Shown here: one piece after another, positions 43,724-52,244 of the stretch | How the letters are laid out: every line of letters starts with the position of its first letter | Numbering within the stretch: position 1 is the stretch's first letter | DNA from: an uncultured Smithella sp. | Lineage (GTDB): Bacteria > Desulfobacterota > Syntrophia > Syntrophales > Smithellaceae | Length of the DNA: 52,872 nt | Assembly: GCA_964479225.1 (NCBI GenBank) | Contig: CAYZLL010000003.1 | Location: 1-52,872, forward strand | Direction of reading: 5' to 3' | Program-made: the position numbers and the translations under genes | Notes under the pieces: model-generated | What the model was told of the DNA's origin: nothing | What the model saw: only the letters and a program-made list of their open reading frames with translations | Databases searched by the model: none

Positions 43724-45403
43724 GTACAGTCCCGGATCGCGATATTCTCCATAAACTTCCCTGTAAACGTCGCATATTTCCTGCTGGGTGGCCAGATTTT
43801 TCACCGCTTCTATGCAGTGCGGCATGACATTGTCGCCTTTTTTACACGCGTTTTTGATGTTGTCCAGAGATGTTTTAACCGCTTTGTTATCGCGTCTGCG
43901 ACGCACATCCTTGAGCTTCTTAATTTGCTCTTCACCCACCTTTTCATCAATATCAACAAGCGGAATCGGATGTGTGGCGTCGGTTGCGTATTTGTTGACT
44001 CCCACCATGATCTTCTCGTTCGCATCCAACTGTCTCTGAAATCTGTAAGCAGCCTCGGATATTTCCATCTGCGGGAAACCTGCTTCAATCGCGGCAATCA
44101 TCCCGCCCATCTCATCAATCTTGTGAATATATTCCCATGCTTTTTCTTCCATTTCATTGGTGAGTGACTCGATAAAGTAGGAACCGGCCAGGGGGTCAAT
44201 GGTATTGGCCGCCCCCGTTTCTTCGGCTAATATCTGCTGAGTGCGCAGAGCGATTTCCACGGCATGCTCGGAAGGCAGACAGAGAACCTCATCGAGCGAA
44301 TTCGTGTGCAACGATTGTGTGCCGCCGAGTACCGCCGCGAGGGCTTGCACCGTCGTGCGCACAACATTGTTGTATGGCTGCTGTGCCGTCAGCGAACATC
44401 CGGCCGTTTGCGTGTGAAAGCGTAGCCATAAGGAGCGGGGATCCTTGGCATGGAATCTGTCGCGCATAATTTTTGCCCACATACGGCGTGCTGCCCGCAT
44501 CTTACATATCTCTTCAAAGAAATCGATGTGCGCATTGAAAAAGAATGATAAACGTGAAGCGAAGTCGTCAACATCCATTTTCTTGCGTCGGATGACGTCT
44601 TCCACATACTCAATGCCGTCGCGGATTGTAAATGCAAGTTCCTGAACGGCGGTGGAACCTGACTCGCGGATGTGATAGCCACTGATGCTGATGGTGTTCC
44701 AGCGCGGGACAAATTTTGTGCCGAACTCGACCGTGTCGCTGATCAGTTTTACAGAAGGTTCCGGTGGACACATAAAAGTCTTTTGCGCGATAAATTCCTT
44801 GAGCATATCATTTTGGATAGTGCCGCCGATTTTGGAAAAAGGCACCCCTTTAATATCCGCAGCCGCACAATACATGGCAAATAAAATTGTTGCCGGAGGA
44901 TTGATGGTCATGGACGTGGTAACGTCTGCCAGCGGGATGCCTTCCATCAGTACTAGAAAATCTTCCAGCGTATCGATGGCCACACCGCACTTGCCCACTT
45001 CGCCCAGTGCTTTGGGTGAATCGCTGTCATAGCCCATCAATGTCGGGAAATCGAAAGCCGTGCTCAGACCGGTCTGGCCTTCCCGCAGGAGCATTTTCCA
45101 ACGCTGGTTGGTGTCGTACGCGCTACCCATGCCGGAAAACATACGGAATGTCCAGTAGCGTCCCCGATAGCCGGTAACCTGATTCCCTCTGAGATACGGG
45201 AATTCACCGGGCACGCTTATGTCTTCGGTAAAATTGATATTTTTAATGTCCTCCGGAGTGTAGAGCCTTTTGATTTCCGTGTCCGACACGGTGGAAAACC
45301 GCTCTTTCTGATCCGGATTCTTTTTTAACGACTTTTGAACTTCCTGTTCCCATTTCTGGGTCAGTTTCAAAGACGCTTCTTGCATTTCTTTGGAGAAATA
45401 CAC
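43721..45403 (-). CDS. icmA: Large (substrate-binding TIM-barrel) subunit of a B12-dependent acyl-CoA mutase, isobutyryl-CoA-mutase-like
   Basis: The GTG start at 45403 lies 7 nt after GGAGG. The blocks GQTGLSTAFDFPTLMGYDSD, GGTIQNDMLKEFIAQK and ISISGYHIRESG are present. Phe89 and Gln207 occupy the positions that are Tyr89 and Arg207 in methylmalonyl-CoA mutase. Confidence 0.85.
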   Translation of the reverse strand: MYFSKEMQEASLKLTQKWEQEVQKSLKKNPDQKERFSTVSDTEIKRLYTPEDIKNINFTEDISVPGEFPYLRGNQVTGYRGRYWTFRMFSGMGSAYDTNQRWKMLLREGQTGLSTAFDFPTLMGYDSDSPKALGEVGKCGVAIDTLEDFLVLMEGIPLADVTTSMTINPPATILFAMYCAAADIKGVPFSKIGGTIQNDMLKEFIAQKTFMCPPEPSVKLISDTVEFGTKFVPRWNTISISGYHIRESGSTAVQELAFTIRDGIEYVEDVIRRKKMDVDDFASRLSFFFNAHIDFFEEICKMRAARRMWAKIMRDRFHAKDPRSLWLRFHTQTAGCSLTAQQPYNNVVRTTVQALAAVLGGTQSLHTNSLDEVLCLPSEHAVEIALRTQQILAEETGAANTIDPLAGSYFIESLTNEMEEKAWEYIHKIDEMGGMIAAIEAGFPQMEISEAAYRFQRQLDANEKIMVGVNKYATDATHPIPLVDIDEKVGEEQIKKLKDVRRRRDNKAVKTSLDNIKNACKKGDNVMPHCIEAVKNLATQQEICDVYREVYGEYRDPGLY

Positions 45404-45890
45404 GATGTAACCTCCCGTATTGTTCGGAATGATTAAGAATATCTGTAAAAACTAAAAGGCACTAACTCAAATCTTTTGATTTTGTCAAGAGATATTGAAG
45501 GTTTCGGTGTCCGGCCGTTGATGATTTTTGATGATGACAACCATCAAAAAAACACCCCCGTTTTGCCGCAGAAGTGTTTTTGTTATTGAATCCTCTGGAT
45601 GACATGAAGATTAAAGCGGCTTCACATTTTCCGCTTCCAGGCCTTTTTGCCCTGTTGTATATCAAAAGACACACGCTGTCCCTCAAAATGTTTTAAATTC
45701 AACTTTTCCCACCGCTTATCACTTGCGATGCGCGATTTTACTTAAAAGCAAGACCCGACAAAGTCAAGCCATAATTTATTGTTTATTGCGCTTAAATTTT
45801 AAGAAAAAATATGTTATTAAAAACACAGTTTGCGGGATGATTGTTTAATCATCAATGATGACCAATTTATTTTTATGGAAAGGATTTATC

Positions 45891-46460
45891 ATGAAAAGAA
45901 AAACATCAGTTTCAATTTTGACAGTGGCCCTATTTCTGATTGCGGCAGTTTGCTTCGCGGAAGTCAATCCTCCGCAGGTGGGAGGCACTTTCCCGGCAAT
46001 CGAATTATCCAAACCAGACAACCCCGCCGAGCTTAAATACCTGGGATTATCCGGCAGTGGATTTTTTAAAGTCAATCAGGTCAAGGCGGATGTTTTGATT
46101 GTGGAAATATTCAGTATGTATTGCCCGTACTGTCAGGGCGAAGCTCCCAATGTGAACAATCTGTACGCGTCCATTGAAAGCAATCCCAAACTTAAGGGCA
46201 AAATTAAGATTATCGGCATCGGGATAAACAATTCCGGTTATGAAACCGATATTTTTAAAAAGAAATACAAGGTGGAGTTTCCTCTGGTGCCGGATGGAGA
46301 TTTTAAACTGCACAAGACGATCGGTCAGGTCAGAACGCCTTATTTCATTGTCGTCAAACTGAAAGGTGGAAAGGCTGAAGTGATTTATTCCAAATTAGGG
46401 GCGCTGGGAGACACCAAGGCATTTCTAAACGAGATCGTTAAATCAGCAGGATTAAAATAG
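45891..46460 (+). CDS. Exported thioredoxin-fold redoxin (TlpA/ResA-like)
   Basis: The ATG at 45891 follows GGAAAGGA. It has a signal peptide, and the CxxC active site is FSMYCPYCQ. Confidence 0.7.
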   Translation: MKRKTSVSILTVALFLIAAVCFAEVNPPQVGGTFPAIELSKPDNPAELKYLGLSGSGFFKVNQVKADVLIVEIFSMYCPYCQGEAPNVNNLYASIESNPKLKGKIKIIGIGINNSGYETDIFKKKYKVEFPLVPDGDFKLHKTIGQVRTPYFIVVKLKGGKAEVIYSKLGALGDTKAFLNEIVKSAGLK

Positions 46461-46469
46461 GAGCGGTCC

Positions 46470-47063
46470 ATGAAAAAAATATTGTTGTCCGTTTTGATGA
46501 TTGGTTTTTTTGCATTCAACGCTTATGCGTTATCTGAAGCCTACAAAAATAATATTTATAATCCGGGTGAGTTAAAGCCTCGCGACAGCGTTTTAAAAGT
46601 AAAGGCGGGAGATGCCGCCCCGGATTTTACGCTGAAGGCCGTCAGCGGAAAAATGATTTCACTCAAGGATTATCAGGGAAAAAAGAATGTCGTGATTTCT
46701 TTCGTCCCGGCAGCCTGGACACCGGTCTGCTCCGATCAGTGGCCGGGATATAACATCGTGCAGGACATCTTCGAAAGTCATGATTCCATCATGCTGGGCA
46801 TTACCGTTGACAGCATTCCCACCCTTTTTTCCTGGACAAATCAAATGGGGAAACTCTGGTTTGAAGTTTTATCCGATTTCTGGCCGCATGGCGCTGTAGC
46901 GGAAAAATTCGGTGTGTTGCGGTCTGACGGTGTTTCCGAAAGAGCGCTTTTTGTCATCGATAAAAAAGGAATCATTCGCTACATTGATGTGCATGATATT
47001 AATCATCGCCCGCCGTTGGAGGCCCTGGTCAAAGAACTGGAAAAGTTAAAGGAATTGCAGTAA
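46470..47063 (+). CDS. Exported peroxiredoxin (AhpC/TSA-Bcp family)
   Basis: It has a signal peptide. The peroxidatic Cys block is FVPAAWTPVCSDQ. Confidence 0.8.
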   Translation: MKKILLSVLMIGFFAFNAYALSEAYKNNIYNPGELKPRDSVLKVKAGDAAPDFTLKAVSGKMISLKDYQGKKNVVISFVPAAWTPVCSDQWPGYNIVQDIFESHDSIMLGITVDSIPTLFSWTNQMGKLWFEVLSDFWPHGAVAEKFGVLRSDGVSERALFVIDKKGIIRYIDVHDINHRPPLEALVKELEKLKELQ

Positions 47064-47110
47064 AATCTAATATTGAACACATTAATATTACTTAATATTC
47101 TGCTTTTTTC

Positions 47111-47139
47111 TTGACACATCTTAGATATTAATCTATTCA
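47111..47139 (+). promoter_or_regulatory. Candidate sigma70 promoter (TTGACA-17-TATTCA) of the TetR gene
   Basis: The -35 is at 47111..47116 and the -10 at 47134..47139. Confidence 0.35.
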
Positions 47140-47207
47140 CGTTCCAGAGATTTCTGAACGCCGGTCATTTTTTTGTCCTGCACATAAAAGGACGAAGGTT
47201 ATCAGGG

Positions 47208-47849
47208 TTGGACGTGGAAGAAAAAAGAAGAAAAAAGAAAGCAAAAGAAAAAGAAAACAGACGAAACACCATCTTAAAAGCGGCAAGGAAACTTTTTTTT
47301 GAACGTGGCTTCAAGTCTGTAACGGTTGATAATATTGCCGAGAAATCGGAAGTCAGCAAGGGGTCGATTTATCTTTGTTTTGGAAGTAAGGAAGAAATAT
47401 ATACCCAGATTCTCATTGCCGACAATATTGCGCTTTACGAAAGAACAAAAAACTTTGCGGCTATTGAAGCATCCGCTGTACAGCTACTGCAGGAATTCGC
47501 CCGTATTTATGTTGATTATTTCCTTAACGATACGGAGCTGTTTAGAATTCTGATGACCTTTATGATGCAGACAGGTCATATGCATCTGACGGAGCGGCAA
47601 AGCGCTGAACTGATCAGAACAACAAATCAGAACATAACCATTATTTCTCAAATCATTCAGAAAGGCATGGATTCCGGTGAATTTTCACCGGTGGATAATA
47701 TTCGTCAGATGCAAAATGCGATCTGGGGAATGTTAAACGGCATTATTTCACTTTATCTGTTTACCGGAAATCCTGTAAAAAGAATGGAGCGAATCCATTC
47801 TACCGTTTCCGAAAGTTTGAATATTATTATTAAAGGGCTGAAACCGTAG
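47208..47849 (+). CDS. TetR/AcrR family transcriptional regulator
   Basis: The HTH is ILKAARKLFFERGFKSVTVDNIAEKSEVSKGSIYLCF. The start is non-ATG (TTG at 47208 or GTG at 47214) and uncertain. Confidence 0.85.
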   Translation: MDVEEKRRKKKAKEKENRRNTILKAARKLFFERGFKSVTVDNIAEKSEVSKGSIYLCFGSKEEIYTQILIADNIALYERTKNFAAIEASAVQLLQEFARIYVDYFLNDTELFRILMTFMMQTGHMHLTERQSAELIRTTNQNITIISQIIQKGMDSGEFSPVDNIRQMQNAIWGMLNGIISLYLFTGNPVKRMERIHSTVSESLNIIIKGLKP

Positions 47850-47866
47850 GTTTCCTCGAAAAGTAC

Positions 47867-48208
47867 TTATTTCGCGTTATCTTTGAATATTTTTTTAAAA
47901 TCCTGCTCGGCTTCCTGGAGTATGCTTTCCACTTCTTTTCCCAGTTTTTCAAATCTTTCGATAATCACTCGTGCCTTGTCGGTCAGTTGCAGAGATTTTT
48001 CTTTTTCACTGGTTGCCACCAGTTTCTTATCCATCCGTTCTTCGGAAGCCTTTAATCTTCCCCAGGCTGCGCGATAGGACATTCCCAGCTCTTTGGCAGC
48101 CGCATTAAGGCTGTGCTGCTCCTCGATGGACTTGAGAATTTCATCACGGCCTTTGCCGAAAATGACCTTGCCGTTCTCTTCAATCCAGATTTTGTATTTA
48201 ATTTCCAT
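47867..48208 (-). CDS. ModE-N-terminal-like winged-helix regulator (no molybdate-binding domain)
   Basis: GKGRDEILKSIEEQHSLNAAAKELGMSYRAAWGRL matches the ModE/LysR-type HTH of stand-alone ModE-N proteins. The protein is 113 aa. Confidence 0.65.
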   Translation of the reverse strand: MEIKYKIWIEENGKVIFGKGRDEILKSIEEQHSLNAAAKELGMSYRAAWGRLKASEERMDKKLVATSEKEKSLQLTDKARVIIERFEKLGKEVESILQEAEQDFKKIFKDNAK

Positions 48209-48363
48209 CAGGCGCCTCCTGATTGTTTGCCTTGAATTATTTATAGTGATGATATCGCTAAAATGTCAATAAAATTCGTCATCGGTTTTTCGCGTCTATG
48301 TTTGAAAATCACAGGGCTGAAAGATTGATCAGCGCTATCACCGGTAACGGTAAGATAATATTC

Positions 48364-48391
48364 TTGACTATTGAAAGCAGTTGTTTATATC
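48364..48391 (+). promoter_or_regulatory. Candidate sigma70 promoter (TTGACT-16-TATATC) of larC-larB
   Basis: The -35 is at 48364..48369 and the -10 at 48386..48391. Confidence 0.35.
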
Positions 48392-48434
48392 TTGGCCCTG
48401 ACAGAATATTTCGGAAACACTGAGGTAACGAATT

Positions 48435-49634
48435 TTGAAAGTGTTGTACTACGATTGTTTTGCCGGCATCAGCGGCGACATGAATCTGGGTGCCCTGCTC
48501 GATCTGGGCGTTGATCAAAAGTATCTGTTAAAAGAGCTCGGCAAGCTTTCCCCCGGGTCTTACAAAATCAAAATTTATCAGGATAAACGCGGCGGAATTA
48601 GCGGTACGAAATTTGATGTTCTTGCTCCGTCTCCGAAAAAAGCATCACCACATCACCCTGGGCAGGAACGCACCTATCGCGATATTGTCAAAATAATCAG
48701 ACAAAGCAAATTGCCCGCCAATGTCCAAAAGATCAGCCTGGATATTTTTACCCGTGTTGCGGAGGCGGAAGGAAAAATTCACGGATGTAAAACTGAGAAT
48801 GTCCACTTTCACGAGTTGGGGGCTATCGATTCGATTGTCGATATCGTCGGCGCTGCCATTTGCCTCGATTATTTAAAAGTGGACAGAATCATCTCTTCTC
48901 CTGTTCAACTTGGCTCCGGCATGATTCATTGCAGCCACGGCACGCTGCCTGTTCCGGCGCCGGCTACCGCAGAAATTCTTCAAGGCATTCCGGTAAAAAC
49001 CGGCCTGGTGCCTTTTGAGGCGACAACACCCACAGGCGCGGCCATCATTGCCGCGACAGCGTCAGCCTTCACGGAAAAAATTGATTTCACCCCGCAGAAA
49101 ATCGGTTACGGGTTGGGCAGCAAGGATTCTGCTGTCCCGAATGTCCTGCGCGTTTTTTTGGGGGAAGTCACTGCCGCTGCGCTGGATACGGACATCGGTG
49201 AAGCTGTCATAATGGAATGCAACATCGATGACATGAATCCTGAACTTTACGACAATCTCATGGACCTCCTTTTTGCCGCCGGAGCGCATGACGTTTTTTT
49301 TACCCCGATCATCATGAAGAAATCCCGTCCGGCGCTGACGGTGTCGGTCCTTTGCGATTCAGGCAGTCAGCTTGTCATGGAAGAAATCCTGTGGCGTAAT
49401 TCCTCTACCTTCGGCCTACGTTCATACAAGGTTATCAAATCCATGTTGCCGCGCAAAACAGTCAAGGTAAAAACCCAATACGGCGCAGTAAATCTGAAGT
49501 GCGGTTATTTAAACGGGAACATGATCAAATCCAAGCCGGAATACGAAGATTGTAAAAGATTGGCCAGGGAAAAAGGTGTTTCCGTCCGGGATGTTTACGA
49601 AAGCATAGATGCCGGAAAAAGGATGAAAAAATGA
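48435..49634 (+). CDS. larC: LarC, nickel-pincer cofactor nickel insertase (DUF111 family), unsplit form
   Basis: The TTG start lies 9 nt after GAGG. (M)KVLYYDCFAGISGDMNLGALLDLGV and HFHELGAIDSIVDIVG are the hallmark LarC N-terminal motifs. Confidence 0.88.
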   Translation: MKVLYYDCFAGISGDMNLGALLDLGVDQKYLLKELGKLSPGSYKIKIYQDKRGGISGTKFDVLAPSPKKASPHHPGQERTYRDIVKIIRQSKLPANVQKISLDIFTRVAEAEGKIHGCKTENVHFHELGAIDSIVDIVGAAICLDYLKVDRIISSPVQLGSGMIHCSHGTLPVPAPATAEILQGIPVKTGLVPFEATTPTGAAIIAATASAFTEKIDFTPQKIGYGLGSKDSAVPNVLRVFLGEVTAAALDTDIGEAVIMECNIDDMNPELYDNLMDLLFAAGAHDVFFTPIIMKKSRPALTVSVLCDSGSQLVMEEILWRNSSTFGLRSYKVIKSMLPRKTVKVKTQYGAVNLKCGYLNGNMIKSKPEYEDCKRLAREKGVSVRDVYESIDAGKRMKK

Positions 49635-50380
49635 ATCACCATGATTTAAAAATGATTCTGGAAAGCATTCGCGACGGAAATCTGGACGTTGCCGACGGCG
49701 TTTCGAAATTGAAAAATCTTTCCTACACGGAACTGGATTGCGCAAAGATTGACACGCACCGTGAGCTGCGTGTCGGTTATCCGGAAGTGATTTTCTGTCC
49801 GGGTAAAACCATTGAGCAAATAAAAACAATCGTCAAGGCCATGCTGGACGGAGCGTCCAACATCCTGGCCACTCGCGCCAATGGTGAGATTTTTGCCGCC
49901 GTCAAAGAAATTTGTCCCGAAGCGTCTTACAATGCTCTCGCGCGAACCATTACTGTGATCCGGAAAACAATCCCCGCATCTGAAAATTATATCGCCGTGG
50001 TCACGGCGGGAACGGCGGATCTGCCTGTTGCCGAAGAGGCGGCTGTAACCGCCGAAGTTTTCGGCAATCGTGTGGAAAGAATTGTTGATGTCGGTGTCGC
50101 CGGCATTCATCGTTTGTTTGATAAATTAGATTTAATCCGCGAAGCGCGTGTGGTCGTTGTTGTTGCGGGAATGGAGGGAGCCCTGCCCAGCGTTATCGGC
50201 GGCCTGGTGGATAAACCGGTGGTTGCGGTGCCCACTTCTGTCGGTTACGGAACAAGCTTTCAGGGCGTTGCCGCTTTGCTGGCGATGCTCAACAGCTGTG
50301 CCGGCGGGGTATCCGTTGTAAACATCGACAATGGTTTCGGCGCCGGCTGTGTCGCCAGCAAGATCAACCACCTTAAATAA
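49631..50380 (+). CDS. larB: LarB, NaAD carboxylase/hydrolase (PurE-like)
   Basis: The blocks VVTAGTADLPVAEEAAVTAEVFG and VVVVAGMEGALPSVIGGLVDKPVVAVPTSVGYG are present. The start overlaps the larC stop (ATGA). Confidence 0.88.
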   Translation: MNHHDLKMILESIRDGNLDVADGVSKLKNLSYTELDCAKIDTHRELRVGYPEVIFCPGKTIEQIKTIVKAMLDGASNILATRANGEIFAAVKEICPEASYNALARTITVIRKTIPASENYIAVVTAGTADLPVAEEAAVTAEVFGNRVERIVDVGVAGIHRLFDKLDLIREARVVVVVAGMEGALPSVIGGLVDKPVVAVPTSVGYGTSFQGVAALLAMLNSCAGGVSVVNIDNGFGAGCVASKINHLK

Positions 50381-50384
50381 ATCA

Positions 50385-51224
50385 TTATTTTTTGTTTCTT
50401 TGCTTCGCATGAAGAACTTCGTTCAAGCTGCCGGTGCGGTAGCCTTGCAGGTCCAAAGCGCAATACTTAAAACCAATTCTCCGGAATTTTTCGTTTATCT
50501 CATCCATCAGTCTTAGATTGAAAAATTTTCGCCTTTCCGCTTCCGCCACTTCAATTCTGGCCGTGTCGCCATGAAAGCGCACCCGTACCTGCCGGAAACC
50601 GATATTAATAAGACACTGTTCGGCTTTATCGACCATGGCCAGTTTGTCGCGCGTTATTTTCTCACCGTAAGGAAAGCGCGACGCCAAACAGGCAAAGGAC
50701 GGCTTATCCCAAGACAGCAAGCCCATTTTTTTTGATAATTTTCGAATGGCTTCTTTACACAAACCTGCATCCTGAAGAGGGCTGATAATTCCCAGTTCCT
50801 TGATGGCCTGCATTCCGGGACGATAATCATCCAGATCATCGACATTGGACCCTTCGGCAATCCACCCAATACGATGTTTTCCGGCCACTGCCTTGAATTT
50901 GGAAAACAGTTCGTATTTGCATAAATAACACCGGTCGGGTTGATTATCGGCAAATCCGGTGATTTTCAATTCATCGGACTTGATGACAAGATGTTTAATG
51001 CCGACGGCGCGGGTAAAATCAGACGCTTCCTTAAATTCCCGTTCGGGAAAAGTAGCCGACCGGGCGGTCATAGCGATGACTTTATCTTTCAAGACATCAT
51101 GGGCAACCTTCAAAAGAAAGGTGCTGTCCACACCACCCGAATAAGCCACGGCCAGAGAACCTGTTTTTTCAAGATGGGCTTGGAGTTGTTTTAATGAGTC
51201 CTGATATGGAACAGGCATAATCAA
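50385..51224 (-). CDS. larE: LarE, ATP-dependent sulfur transferase (PP-loop ATP pyrophosphatase)
   Basis: The PP-loop is AVAYSGGVDSTFL, FACLASRFPYG is present, and the cysteines are C99-x2-C102 and C179. Confidence 0.88.
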   Translation of the reverse strand: MIMPVPYQDSLKQLQAHLEKTGSLAVAYSGGVDSTFLLKVAHDVLKDKVIAMTARSATFPEREFKEASDFTRAVGIKHLVIKSDELKITGFADNQPDRCYLCKYELFSKFKAVAGKHRIGWIAEGSNVDDLDDYRPGMQAIKELGIISPLQDAGLCKEAIRKLSKKMGLLSWDKPSFACLASRFPYGEKITRDKLAMVDKAEQCLINIGFRQVRVRFHGDTARIEVAEAERRKFFNLRLMDEINEKFRRIGFKYCALDLQGYRTGSLNEVLHAKQRNKK

Positions 51225-51278
51225 TATCTTTTTTCCATCAGTCGGCGAAATCTTGCGTAATCCATGAAAAATATTTCA

Positions 51279-51992
51279 TCACAAACCAAGAAATAACATT
51301 CCCATTCCGCACAGAAAAATTGTCCCGCCCGCCAGGGCGTGATTATATTTTTCCATCGCTTTTACGGGCAGAAGTTTGATGCCGTAAGACGTCACGATGA
51401 CCAACGCAAGCATCGTCAGGATCGTAACCGCACTGAAAATGGTTGTCACCAGGATGAGTTCTCCGTAATTATGCTTTGCCGCGGGATACATCACGAGTGG
51501 AATCAGCGGTTCACAGGGACCGAAAACAAAAATCATAAAGAGAATCCACGGCGTCAGATTTTTTTTATCTTCATCTTCATGCACATGGAGATGTTCCTTG
51601 TGATGAGTATGTTCATGGACATGCACACCGCCATTGCTGTGAAAATGGCGGTGTTGATGAGTTTTGTTGCGAAACGCTTTTTTGATTCCCCAAACCATAT
51701 AGATCAGGCCAAATGCCGTAAATATCCATGAAATGATGTTACCCCTGACTCCCTCTATCAATTCAAGTTTGCCCACAGCAATCCCCAGCGCAATGCCTGC
51801 CAGTCCCAACAGAACAGAGCTGCCCACATGACCCAGACCGCACAAAGCTGTAAACAAAGCTGTTTTAGAAAGTGACCATTTTTTCGCTTTGGCAAGGACG
51901 ATAAAGGGCAAGTAATGATCAGGCCCCGTCAGGGTATGAATGAAAGCGATGGATACCGTTGCTGTCAATAAAAGAAAAATTTCTGATGTCAT
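51279..51992 (-). CDS. Putative Ni/Co transporter-like membrane protein with a His-rich loop
   Basis: It is a six-TM protein. HTLTGPDH and GLGHVGSS resemble NiCoT/NicO signature motifs, and the central loop is HQHRHFHSNGGVHVHEHTHHKEHLHVHEDED. The family assignment is tentative. Confidence 0.5.
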   Translation of the reverse strand: MTSEIFLLLTATVSIAFIHTLTGPDHYLPFIVLAKAKKWSLSKTALFTALCGLGHVGSSVLLGLAGIALGIAVGKLELIEGVRGNIISWIFTAFGLIYMVWGIKKAFRNKTHQHRHFHSNGGVHVHEHTHHKEHLHVHEDEDKKNLTPWILFMIFVFGPCEPLIPLVMYPAAKHNYGELILVTTIFSAVTILTMLALVIVTSYGIKLLPVKAMEKYNHALAGGTIFLCGMGMLFLGL

Positions 51993-52244
51993 GGTCGGCA
52001 GAATACAGTTTATTCATAAAATCGTCAATACTTATTGACGAAGGAGGCGGCAACTGTTTTTTCATATTATCTTGTTTTCGTTAGCAATTCCTCGCTGGGA
52101 CAGTTTCAGCGGTTCGAAACTTACCACTAAGGGAGTCTTTTGATGTATGTTTTATATAACATATTGACTTTATTGTGACTTTCAGTCAGTCTATGCCACA
52201 ATTGACATATACCAAAAATGACAGAGGTATTTGGGAGGATTTTT

